Source of the DNA: an uncultured Alteromonadaceae bacterium
Lineage (GTDB): Bacteria; Pseudomonadota; Gammaproteobacteria; Enterobacterales; Alteromonadaceae
DNA length: 64,000 bases
Direction of reading: 5' to 3'
NCBI GenBank assembly: GCA_947501935.1
Contig: CANMXU010000015.1
Location: 33,872 to 97,871, forward strand
The position numbers and the translations under genes were made by a program. This document shows, piece by piece, positions 22,069 through 31,227 of the stretch. Every line of letters begins with the position of its first letter. Within the stretch, counting starts at the first letter, position 1. The notes below the pieces were generated by a model. It ran no database searches and was not told the origin of the DNA. It was given only the letters and a program-made list of their open reading frames with translations.

Positions 22069-22227
22069 TTATCGAGTCACTAGCCATAGGGCATGTATTA
22101 CCCCTGGAATAAAAAAGATTAAACTTAATAAGATATTAATAAAGAAGTCTTTACCAATGCCTTTATGAAAAAAAACCGCAACCGGTGGTAAGAAAATAGC
22201 AAGAATAATAAGTATAACTTTGTTCAT
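22069..22227 (-). CDS. Pmp3/YqaE (UPF0057) family small membrane protein (52 aa, absent from ORF track)
   Basis: My translation: MNKVILIILAIFLPPVAVFFHKGIGKDFFINILLSLIFFIPGVIHALWLVTR. Has the characteristic LPP.AV and LT/LS..G.IPG.IHA motifs. Confidence 0.8.
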   Translation of the reverse strand: MNKVILIILAIFLPPVAVFFHKGIGKDFFINILLSLIFFIPGVIHALWLVTR

Positions 22228-22308
22228 TTTATCGCTCTCCAATGAGTTATTATCTTAAGTCTAGCACCGAGCTTTAATTCTGCATGTTATTGTTATTTTT
22301 CCGGCAAG

Positions 22309-22686
22309 CTAAGCAAGAACGTATTGGCTTATCAAGCGGTTGAACGAAACAATATCAAAACTACCACTAATTTCGAAAGACACCTTACCGACGGCGCTAA
22401 TGTAAAGTTGAATTTCACAATCTAAATCTAACGAACCAGAAGTTTCGATAGAAAAAGTTTGAATTTTGTTAAAAGGTATCGAGGTATAATCAACTTTTGA
22501 GCCGGTGATGCCTTGTACATTTGCAGCAATAACCCGTTTATTAGTAAATACCACTTGATCGCGAATAGTTTTAAAGGTGGCAAAAATTTCCTCGCCTTCA
22601 ATTAAAAAAGCGTGGAAGTCTTCACGGGCTTTCTCGTTATCAATCGCTTTAAGTTTAAAAAGCGATGACTTATCAAAATCAATCAT
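22309..22686 (-). CDS. Bacterial PH-domain protein (YokE-like bPH)
   Basis: 125 aa. The pattern ...GEEIFATFKTIRDQVVFTNKRVIAANVQGITGSKVDYTSIPFNKIQTFSIETSG is typical of bPH domains. Confidence 0.7.
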   Translation of the reverse strand: MIDFDKSSLFKLKAIDNEKAREDFHAFLIEGEEIFATFKTIRDQVVFTNKRVIAANVQGITGSKVDYTSIPFNKIQTFSIETSGSLDLDCEIQLYISAVGKVSFEISGSFDIVSFNRLISQYVLA

Positions 22687-22816
22687 AGAGTTTCCTTATC
22701 TTAACAGTGGCCAATAATCGGCCGGCTAATTTTAACCATAGCTGCAATCAATGCACTTAGTCTAGCGACAGGAGAAAATAGTTAACAATTTAAAATACTC
22801 ATCAATGCGTGGGCAA

Positions 22817-24244
22817 TTAATGACTAGATTTTTGCTCGATAAAGAATACTAGCTGTTCAAGCATCTGAGTATAATACGGGTTATAGGTTAACCTTTTCAT
22901 CAGCTTAGTTTCGCTTAAATTTTCCGGTGTGATCTCTCCGCTCGGTAGATTTTTTTGTTTTTTACAGCTTAAATATTGCGCTGTATCATTCAAATAATGA
23001 CTGCAGTTTCGATAACTACTCATTACACCATAATGAAAATTTTCAGGTGCACTAGTTATGGCAATATGAGAAATATCAAGGCTATTATCACACAACAGCC
23101 CTTTGCTACATTGCGGGAGATTCAGGTGAATATTTTTTGATAACTTAGCTTGAACCGCTTGCTGCGCTTTGTCATCGCCATAAAAAACAAAACGGTCGGA
23201 CTTGCCATTTTTATTTTGTTTAACTTTATTCCATTGATTAGCAAAAGCTATGCTCGCTTGACTATTTATGGTTTGGTCAACATCACTAGCGGCAATAAAT
23301 AATGGAATATTATGAAAATGATGTTGCTGATCTGATTTAGTGATCGAGATGTTAGCCATTAACCTCTCCACTTGTGCAGCTGCATTTATCGGAAAAGACT
23401 CATACTTGGCAAAGTCTAAATCGGCGCCTTTATCTAGCCAGTCAAAAAAAGGGACTTTTGCTAAATATGGACTAAGCCAGGCTAACTCACTTTTTGCTTG
23501 AGTTGCTGGTGCCCACATAATTAAACCTTCAAGATGCTCAGCAACTTTCTCTCTCGCTAACAGGTAATCAAAAATCAACGCACCGCCAGCTGAATAGCCG
23601 CCTAAATATACTTGTTTAAAGTCGAGCAAGGTACGTTCTATCGCGTATTGAGTCGCTTGTTGCCAATCAGCCAAGTTAACCGAGATTAAATCAGATGCAG
23701 CAGTGCCATGGCCTGGTAATAATAGTGTTCTTACAGTAAAGCCTTGTTGATGAAAAAAGGTGGCTAAATCATCAAACAAAAAAGGGGAGTCAGTTAAGCC
23801 GTGAATAAGTAAAATGGCTTTATTGTTATTTTCTTGTTTTAGCTCAAACGGTGCAATTAAGTCGACCACTTGGGCTTTTTCAGGGCGCTGTTGCTGGTCT
23901 ATCAATATTTTATAACGAGTACTGTTATTTGCGCAGCTACGCTGAGATTGTAGATTTTTTAGCTGAATTAATTGATAAGCATAGTTGAGGTAGCTTTGAT
24001 AAGAATGATCAATAGCGTAATTAAAGCTTGGGAGATCTGTAGCACTAACTGTGTTGCTATAGCGAAATAAGCCTTTAGTTATTGATTGCTGCATTAGCTC
24101 TATATTCTCATGTACCTCAGTACATGATTGAAATAAATCATTTGTACCAGTATAAACATAGCCACTGCAAACGCTGACCGTACTTAAGGTTAAAGCTAAT
24201 CTTAAAATTGTATTTACTAAAAAGCGGGAAAAAGCTTTTATCAC
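22817..24244 (-). CDS. Secreted alpha/beta hydrolase
   Basis: 475 aa with GTG start and hydrophobic leader, HGLTDSP oxyanion region and nucleophile elbow GGYSAGG. Confidence 0.8.
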   Translation of the reverse strand: MIKAFSRFLVNTILRLALTLSTVSVCSGYVYTGTNDLFQSCTEVHENIELMQQSITKGLFRYSNTVSATDLPSFNYAIDHSYQSYLNYAYQLIQLKNLQSQRSCANNSTRYKILIDQQQRPEKAQVVDLIAPFELKQENNNKAILLIHGLTDSPFLFDDLATFFHQQGFTVRTLLLPGHGTAASDLISVNLADWQQATQYAIERTLLDFKQVYLGGYSAGGALIFDYLLAREKVAEHLEGLIMWAPATQAKSELAWLSPYLAKVPFFDWLDKGADLDFAKYESFPINAAAQVERLMANISITKSDQQHHFHNIPLFIAASDVDQTINSQASIAFANQWNKVKQNKNGKSDRFVFYGDDKAQQAVQAKLSKNIHLNLPQCSKGLLCDNSLDISHIAITSAPENFHYGVMSSYRNCSHYLNDTAQYLSCKKQKNLPSGEITPENLSETKLMKRLTYNPYYTQMLEQLVFFIEQKSSH

Positions 24245-24251
24245 CTTACTT

Positions 24252-24299
24252 CCTTATCAACCAGACAAAACACATTCACATTTTATTAGGTTGATAAGG
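24252..24299 (-). promoter_or_regulatory. Perfect 11-bp inverted repeat (hairpin) overlapping the Shine-Dalgarno region of the alpha/beta hydrolase gene
   Basis: CCTTATCAACC-N26-GGTTGATAAGG. On the mRNA strand the 3' arm runs straight into AAGTAAG-GTG (start). Confidence 0.4.
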
Positions 24300-24406
24300 T
24301 AACGGCTTTCTCTATAGGGTTCAATTTTTAAACATTAAATCATAAAATTAACCACTTGATCAGCCATTAGGCTTACTTCAAAGCACCATATTATTCAGAA
24401 CGGCTA

Positions 24407-27295
24407 TCACTGCGGCTTTAGTGCTTTTAGAGTATCGCAAGTTAAAACGATGTCATCACTAGCTAAATATTCATTCGTTTGCTCGCCAGCATCACTAATC
24501 AAGTTATAACACTCTTCTACTGATTCATTGTTAATATATTTCACAACGCCGTCTGTTATCGCCCAACGGTCAATGCTTTCAGCCGTACTAAATAATTCTG
24601 AAAATAAAGTCGCTCTATTTTCTGGCGTGGCAACCTGCTTGTCGAGATAACCAAGCAAGCTTTGGCTGTCAATGTCATTATTGGCAGAGAGGTTAACACC
24701 TGCAATTTCAGCTATGGTGCTAAATAGGTCTTGAATTTGAACTTTATCGCTAATTTCAGCAATGTCTAAACCAACATTACTGCCTGCTGAAATAACCAAA
24801 GGTACATTAATGCCCCCTTCGTATACGGTACCTTTACTATGTTCTTTGCTAAAAGGTAAGCCCGCTTCTTCAACAATAGCTTGTTTAGGTGTACCGTTAT
24901 CGCCAATAAAAATAATCAAGGTATTCTCCAAAACCTCTGGAGGTAATTGCGATAACAATTCACCAATATAGGTATCTAAAGTTTCTACCGTTGCTCGGTA
25001 ACAATCAGCGATACTGTCAGTACTGGCATTGTTAGTACAAGACTCGCCAGCCTCTTGCTGTAAGTTAATATGGCTAAATTTATCTTTAGGTGGCACATGG
25101 AAAGGGTCATGAGGCGCATTAAAAGCAAGCTGAACAAACCAAGGTTGCTCGCCTTGCTGATTTATCCAACTTAACGCTTCTTCTGCAACAACTTCGGTGG
25201 CATAACCAGTTTCAGTAGCGGTAACCACGGCACCACCTTGCGATGAGATCTGTGTTTTCTGCCAATTAAAGTAGTCGCCTATATTCGCTAAACTTCCTGA
25301 GAAATAATCAAAGCCTTGGTCAGTTGGGTAGGTGCCATCACTATTGCCTAAATGCCACTTACCAAATAGCGCAGAACGATACCCAACAGTATTTAATAGT
25401 TCAGCAATTGTTTCTTCATTGCTAGCTAACTCACCGGTATCTTTCCCTGGATGGGTAACGCCATGTTTAAAGGCATGTTTTCCGGTTAATAAACTCGCTC
25501 TTGAGGGAGAGCATTTAGGATTAGCCCATACATTTCTAAATAAAACACCTGCACTAGCAAGCTCATCAATAACCGGAGTTTGCGCACTATAATTGGGCTG
25601 TTCTTTATAGCCACTGATATTATCAACACCAATATCATCGCCAATTAATAATAAAATATTAACGCTGCCATTGGTTGGAATAGTTTCTTCAGTGGTTGAA
25701 GTAATATCGCGTACGCAGCGAACATTATTTTGCGCCCGTAAAATATCGCCCTGCGGGCCTTTATAATAAAAAGTGCCATTACTACCCATAGCTGAATTAG
25801 CTCCCGGCTCGGAGGCAATATCAAGCTTGTCATTACTGCGCTGCGCACCGGCACCATGCACATCTAAAAGCGTACTGTTCATATACCCAAGCGCACGACC
25901 AAAAGCAATATACACGGCATTACTGCCATCTCCGTCATTATCAACATGAGTGGTTGAGCTCCAATAGTAGCCCCAGTCAGTATCACCTTCTTCGTTTTGA
26001 AATGGCGTACTTTGAAAGATGTCATCAATAGCAGCACTATTATCAGTTTCAGGGGATTTGCTGTAATCAACAAGGCTATGTAGCTCTTTCGCATTAGGTA
26101 AGCGCCAATCACCATAATTTGCTGTGCTATTAAACTCACAGTGCTCAACTGCTTCATCCCAGTTTTTAGCACTAGTATCTTGCTGCTGCCACATTAAATT
26201 GGTGGCATGATCAGAAATAGTGCCATCGCTATTATCAACAAAATCATTTTGCCCATAATCGCTATTATCAGCTACGCAGCGAACATAGAATTTTTTACGC
26301 TCTGTTGGATAACCTTTAATCCGGCCATCGATATAATTAACACCAAACATGGTGAGATCATTAACCATAGTGGTGGTGACATATAGACTGCTAGTTGCGT
26401 ATTGTGCGTCGATAATACGATCGCCAGCAGTAATACCCGCTTGGCTATTTATATCACCAAAAGCCCAATCAAAAGCTTGATCAATAAAAGGTGTGAGTGT
26501 TGAAGTATCACTGCCTTGATAACTACTGGCGTCTTTACCACTAAATAAAATTAATGAATAGGCTTGTTGAATATTAGGTAAGCGCCAATCATCGCGGCCG
26601 CCGTAAGATAAATTTTGGCAATGTTCAGCAGCCTCACTTTGGCTTAATTTGTCAGCATAATTAATAACACCGTCATTATTAAGATCAGAGCTTTGCTGCC
26701 AAGTTAGGCCCGTAATATTATCAGTTACCAGTAGACCGTCATTACTAACGGCATACGTAGGACTATTACCGATATAGTCAGCATCGTAGCCAATATCATT
26801 ACAGTCAGTACTATTACCTGTATTTGACTGATAACACTGAACTTGTGCAGTATCTACAATTGCATAGCTTTGACCATTTTGGCTGTTTATAACCACATAA
26901 TCAGCAACGCTAGCAACACTACCATCATCAACAATTAAGCTTATTTGATAGCTGCCCTCAACATCAGCAACAAAACTGGTAGAAACTGAAGTAGCATTCT
27001 CTAAAGTAGCGCCACTGGCATTGGGTTTCTTGATGAAGCTCCATTGATAGCTTAATGTGTCGTTATCGGCATCACTACTGGCGCTGGCGTCTATGGTAAC
27101 AAGAGAGTTTTTATCAACATGTTGGTCATTCCCTGCGTTCGCCACTGGTGCTGTATTTATTTGAGGAGGTGTAACAACGGGCTCAGATGAATCACCTCCG
27201 CCGCCACAGCCAACAATCGCCAAGGGGAAAGCTATTAGTAATATTAGGTTTTTACAGGCATCTAATGCATCTGTTTTATTAATTATAAAGTACAT
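24407..27295 (-). CDS. Lipoprotein: PKD-like domain + two DUF1566 (Lcl C-terminal-type) domains + C-terminal sulfatase
   Basis: 962 aa with lipobox IVGC. PKD-like APVANAGNDQ...LSYQWSF. Two DUF1566 signatures (GLTWQQ...GRDDWRLPNIQQAYSL; NLMWQQ...YGDWRLPNAKELHSL). Sulfatase core LLIGDDIG...CSPSRASLLTG. Confidence 0.85.
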   Translation of the reverse strand: MYFIINKTDALDACKNLILLIAFPLAIVGCGGGGDSSEPVVTPPQINTAPVANAGNDQHVDKNSLVTIDASASSDADNDTLSYQWSFIKKPNASGATLENATSVSTSFVADVEGSYQISLIVDDGSVASVADYVVINSQNGQSYAIVDTAQVQCYQSNTGNSTDCNDIGYDADYIGNSPTYAVSNDGLLVTDNITGLTWQQSSDLNNDGVINYADKLSQSEAAEHCQNLSYGGRDDWRLPNIQQAYSLILFSGKDASSYQGSDTSTLTPFIDQAFDWAFGDINSQAGITAGDRIIDAQYATSSLYVTTTMVNDLTMFGVNYIDGRIKGYPTERKKFYVRCVADNSDYGQNDFVDNSDGTISDHATNLMWQQQDTSAKNWDEAVEHCEFNSTANYGDWRLPNAKELHSLVDYSKSPETDNSAAIDDIFQSTPFQNEEGDTDWGYYWSSTTHVDNDGDGSNAVYIAFGRALGYMNSTLLDVHGAGAQRSNDKLDIASEPGANSAMGSNGTFYYKGPQGDILRAQNNVRCVRDITSTTEETIPTNGSVNILLLIGDDIGVDNISGYKEQPNYSAQTPVIDELASAGVLFRNVWANPKCSPSRASLLTGKHAFKHGVTHPGKDTGELASNEETIAELLNTVGYRSALFGKWHLGNSDGTYPTDQGFDYFSGSLANIGDYFNWQKTQISSQGGAVVTATETGYATEVVAEEALSWINQQGEQPWFVQLAFNAPHDPFHVPPKDKFSHINLQQEAGESCTNNASTDSIADCYRATVETLDTYIGELLSQLPPEVLENTLIIFIGDNGTPKQAIVEEAGLPFSKEHSKGTVYEGGINVPLVISAGSNVGLDIAEISDKVQIQDLFSTIAEIAGVNLSANNDIDSQSLLGYLDKQVATPENRATLFSELFSTAESIDRWAITDGVVKYINNESVEECYNLISDAGEQTNEYLASDDIVLTCDTLKALKPQ

Positions 27296-27499
27296 AGAAT
27301 GACATCTTTTGATTAAGAAGTTATTTCAGTATCGCACAGCTCTTTGTAAAGAGGCTGCCGTGACTTTGTAAATATTGAGTAAAGTTGTTTCATCTAGCCT
27401 TCAGTATGTAAATAATGTTTTTACAAAAACAACTGCTGCTATAAAAACATAATTCACGTAAAATAATGCGGGTTAATTAACCCCCTTTAAAGGATTTCC

Positions 27500-28696
27500 G
27501 TGAACCTTTCTCGTCAGCTACAGCGCCCTGAAAACTTGTTACTCGCCATGGCTTTTATAATGCCACTAGTTTTTTCCGTATGGATGGTATTGCTGAATAA
27601 TTTTGTTATTGAAAAAGCGGCTTTCACCGGCACAGAAATAGGTATATTACAAAGCCTGCGAGAAATCCCTGGCTTTCTAGCCTTTACTGCGATTTATTTA
27701 TTGTTGTTCATCAAAGAGCAGAAGTTAGCCCTTATATCACTAGCAATTACCAGTATAGGTGTTGCCTTAACAGGTTTTTTCCCTTCAATATTAGGGCTTT
27801 ATTTAACCACGATATTAATGTCGGTTGGTTTTCATTATTTTGAAACTGTTAACCAATCATTAACGCTGCAATGGATAGATAAAGATAAAACCGCCCACTT
27901 TTTAGGGAGAGTGTTATCAGTAAAGTCAGTGGCGTCTTTATTAGCTTTTTCCAGCATCTGGTTGGTCATGGAAAAGCTTAGTTGGTCGTATCAACAAACC
28001 TATTTACTGTTTGGAGTATTGGCTCTTATTTTTACCATTGGGTTAATTTTACTTTTCCCACTATTTCCACCAAAGGCCGAGCAGCATAAAAAACTCATCT
28101 TGAGAAAACGCTATTGGTTATTTTATGCCTTAACTTTTTTTAGTGGTGCTCGGCGACAGATATTCGTAGTTTTCGCTGGTTTTTTAATGGTAGAAAAATT
28201 TGGTTACAGTGTCGCGGACATCAGCGCTTTATTTGCTATTAACTATGTTTTCAATTGGTTATTTGCCGCCAAGATCGGCAAGTTTATTGGCAAGGTTGGT
28301 GAAAGAAATACCCTTAAATTTGAATATATTGGCTTGGTGATTTTATTTATAAGTTACGGGCTCGTTGAAAATGCGCATTTTGCCGCAGCACTTTATATTA
28401 TTGATCACTTATTATTTGCTTTAGCCATTGCTATTAAAACCTACTTCCAAAAAATCGCCTTACCTGAAGATATAGCCGCAAGTGCGGGGGTAAGCTTTTC
28501 TATTAATCATATTGCGGCAGTTGTGATACCGGCATTATTAGGCATGGTTTGGATAATTAATTCTGGTTGGGTATTTTTTGTAGGGGCAGGTTTTGCATTT
28601 TGTTCGTTGCTATTGTCATTGCTTATCCCTTTAGCACCGCAACTAGGCATTGAACTTCGTAGTCAAGAAAAGGCACTTCTCTCTACTGCAACATAA
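27500..28696 (+). CDS. MFS transporter
   Basis: 398 aa with GTG start and about 12 TM helices. Confidence 0.8.
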   Translation: MNLSRQLQRPENLLLAMAFIMPLVFSVWMVLLNNFVIEKAAFTGTEIGILQSLREIPGFLAFTAIYLLLFIKEQKLALISLAITSIGVALTGFFPSILGLYLTTILMSVGFHYFETVNQSLTLQWIDKDKTAHFLGRVLSVKSVASLLAFSSIWLVMEKLSWSYQQTYLLFGVLALIFTIGLILLFPLFPPKAEQHKKLILRKRYWLFYALTFFSGARRQIFVVFAGFLMVEKFGYSVADISALFAINYVFNWLFAAKIGKFIGKVGERNTLKFEYIGLVILFISYGLVENAHFAAALYIIDHLLFALAIAIKTYFQKIALPEDIAASAGVSFSINHIAAVVIPALLGMVWIINSGWVFFVGAGFAFCSLLLSLLIPLAPQLGIELRSQEKALLSTAT

Positions 28697-28705
28697 TAAA
28701 AGGGA

Positions 28706-28745
28706 GTTACTTATAAGTTAATGCTAGCAGTAACTTATAAGTATT
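28706..28745. repeat. 40-bp near-perfect AT-rich palindrome between convergent genes
   Basis: GTTACTTATAAGTTAATGCT|AGCAGTAACTTATAAGTATT, 17 of 20 positions pair. It contains two copies of the 10-bp palindrome ACTTATAAGT and a central TGCTAGCA. Confidence 0.6.
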
Positions 28746-28774
28746 AGTGACTAAAAACTAGAGATTAATAAGCA

Positions 28775-30997
28775 TTAATTATGCTTGCTTAGATAAGCTA
28801 AAAACTCATCCGTAGGCATCGGCTTAGCATAATAAAAGCCTTGAACTTCATGGCAGCCTTGTGACTTTAAGTGTTGCTCTTGCGCTTTTTCTTCAATACC
28901 TTCCGCAATAACGGTTAAGTTCATTTGCTTACCTAAGTTGATAATAGTATCTGCGATTAACGACAAACCCGGCTTAGCAATATCAGTAACAAAAGCGCGA
29001 TCAACCTTTAAGCGGTCAAGAGGCAGCTTTTGTAAATAACTTAACGAAGAAAAACCTGTGCCAAAATCATCTAAAGCAATGCTAATGCCCTGTGCTTTTA
29101 ATTTCTCTAAAGCATCGATAATAATTTGCGGATCATCCATAAGCACATTTTCTGTGATTTCCAACTCCAACTTGCTCGCTTCTATATGGTGTTTTTGTGT
29201 TGCTGAGATCACCGTTTCAACAAAATTCTCTTGACGAAATTGCGGAATAGAAACATTCACAGAAATACCTACATCATCAAAGCCTTCATTTTCAAGATGC
29301 TTAATTTGCTTACATGCTTCATGAACAACCCAATCACCAATTTCGATAATCAAGCCTGAGTACTCAGCTAAAGGTATAAATACCGCAGGGGAAATAAAAC
29401 TACCGTCATTGGTACGCCAGCGAAGTAAAGCTTCTGCGCCAATAACCTTACCCGTTTCTAACATTAGCTGTGGTTGATACCATAGCTCTAATCGATTGGC
29501 GGCAAAGTCGGTACGTAACTGCCTGATCATACCCAAGCGCCACAGGGTTTTATCTTCCATTTCCTGCATGTAATAGCCATAAGACAAAGAGCGATCTTTT
29601 TTAGCTAAATTTAACGCAATATTAATTTGGCTTAATAACTTAACGCCACGGCTACCGGCATGCTCTTGCTTACAAAAACCAAAACAAGCATTTGCTGGTA
29701 AATGCTGTTCACCGGCATCAAAAGGTTGTTGAAATAGCGCTAAGAGATGTTCTGGGTTCACGTAGCGATCAGGTCCAATAATACCAAAAACATCTGCACC
29801 AACACGAGCAACAATACATTCACCCGGCATATCTTTCAAACGACTCGCAATTGCAATTAATAACTGATTACCAACTTCTTGTCCTAAACCATCGTTAATG
29901 TCGCTGAAATGATTTACATCTAACAAAGCCGCAACCATATCGGTGTTGTCACTTTGACAAAAGTCATCCAGCAAACTCAAAAACTGTAAACGATTAGGTA
30001 AGCCGGTTAATAGATCTTTATAAGCGGCATTACTTAATTTTTGAAATAAATGCACATTTTCATAACCAATAGAAATATTACTTAAAAATACTTCAATCAG
30101 TTTTTTATCAAGTTCTGGAATTGGCTCGTCAAACTCGAGATAAATGGTGGCTCTAAAGCCGCCACTTGAGATATATAGGGCAGCGCAATCATCAGCAAAA
30201 TAGTGCTCTTTTTCATGGAAGCAGTTATTGACGATAGTGCTGGCTTGTTCAGATTTTAAAGTATCTAACTTTTGATTAACTAATACTGATGAACCGCCGT
30301 ATTGGCCTAGAATGTAATAACTTAAATCATCAGCATTTAATACTATGCCATGACCACGAGCACAAAAAAGCCCCTTTTGACAATGACTCAGCGTTTGTAT
30401 TTGCGCTAAAACCCCTTGCACATAATCTTGTACGGAGTGAAATTCAAGTAGCTCGGCAGAAGCCAAAATGATTTTTTCTAAACCGACACGATTCTGACTA
30501 ACAATGTTTATTTGTTGATATGAGCGAATTGCCGCATACACGGTAGTCACTAACTTTCGGCGGGTGAGTTCAGTTTTAGTTTTATAGTCATTAATATCGT
30601 AATCTTTAATGACACTTTCTTCAGGTGCGTAGCCAGGTTGGCCGGTTCGTAAGACAATGCGAATATCTTGCCTAGCAAGTACTTCACGAATATGCTTAAC
30701 AACGTTTAGACCAGCGTCGTCAGTTTCCATTACGACATCAAGCAATACTAAAACAAGATCTGGATTTTGCTCAACAATACGACAAGCTTCTTCACCTGAA
30801 TAAGCATGTAAATACTCTAAGCGACTTCCCAAAACAATAAGGTCAGATAAGGCTAACTTAGTAACAGAGTGAATTTCAGGATCATCATCAACAATGAGAA
30901 CTTTCCATGCATCACCATTTATTTCATCAAGTATTTCATGTTCATCGCTGTCATCGATAAATAGAAAATCATCATTAGTATTTTCTGATGCCTGCAT
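28775..30997 (-). CDS. Response regulator with REC, DUF3369-like region, degenerate GGDEF and EAL phosphodiesterase
   Basis: 740 aa. REC (KVLIVDDDPEIH...LLDVVMETDD). GGDEF site reads GADVF. EAL is intact (GAEALLRW, DDFGTGFSSL, EGIEE, QGFYYAKP). Confidence 0.9.
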   Translation of the reverse strand: MQASENTNDDFLFIDDSDEHEILDEINGDAWKVLIVDDDPEIHSVTKLALSDLIVLGSRLEYLHAYSGEEACRIVEQNPDLVLVLLDVVMETDDAGLNVVKHIREVLARQDIRIVLRTGQPGYAPEESVIKDYDINDYKTKTELTRRKLVTTVYAAIRSYQQINIVSQNRVGLEKIILASAELLEFHSVQDYVQGVLAQIQTLSHCQKGLFCARGHGIVLNADDLSYYILGQYGGSSVLVNQKLDTLKSEQASTIVNNCFHEKEHYFADDCAALYISSGGFRATIYLEFDEPIPELDKKLIEVFLSNISIGYENVHLFQKLSNAAYKDLLTGLPNRLQFLSLLDDFCQSDNTDMVAALLDVNHFSDINDGLGQEVGNQLLIAIASRLKDMPGECIVARVGADVFGIIGPDRYVNPEHLLALFQQPFDAGEQHLPANACFGFCKQEHAGSRGVKLLSQINIALNLAKKDRSLSYGYYMQEMEDKTLWRLGMIRQLRTDFAANRLELWYQPQLMLETGKVIGAEALLRWRTNDGSFISPAVFIPLAEYSGLIIEIGDWVVHEACKQIKHLENEGFDDVGISVNVSIPQFRQENFVETVISATQKHHIEASKLELEITENVLMDDPQIIIDALEKLKAQGISIALDDFGTGFSSLSYLQKLPLDRLKVDRAFVTDIAKPGLSLIADTIINLGKQMNLTVIAEGIEEKAQEQHLKSQGCHEVQGFYYAKPMPTDEFLAYLSKHN

Positions 30998-31227
30998 ATA
31001 GCCCTCAAATAACTAAAGCCTTCTTTAGTTATAATAGTTATCGGTATAACTTGTCATGATTGTGACGTCATGATTACTTAACGTATAATTACATAATAAA
31101 AGCCGACATTACAATATTCAACCAAACAAAGTAAAAAAACTCTTATTTGTTAGTGCACATTAACACTTTAAACTAAAACATTTAGTAAAAAATTGCTAAA
31201 TATTTGACGCTTTATCCTTAATAATAA

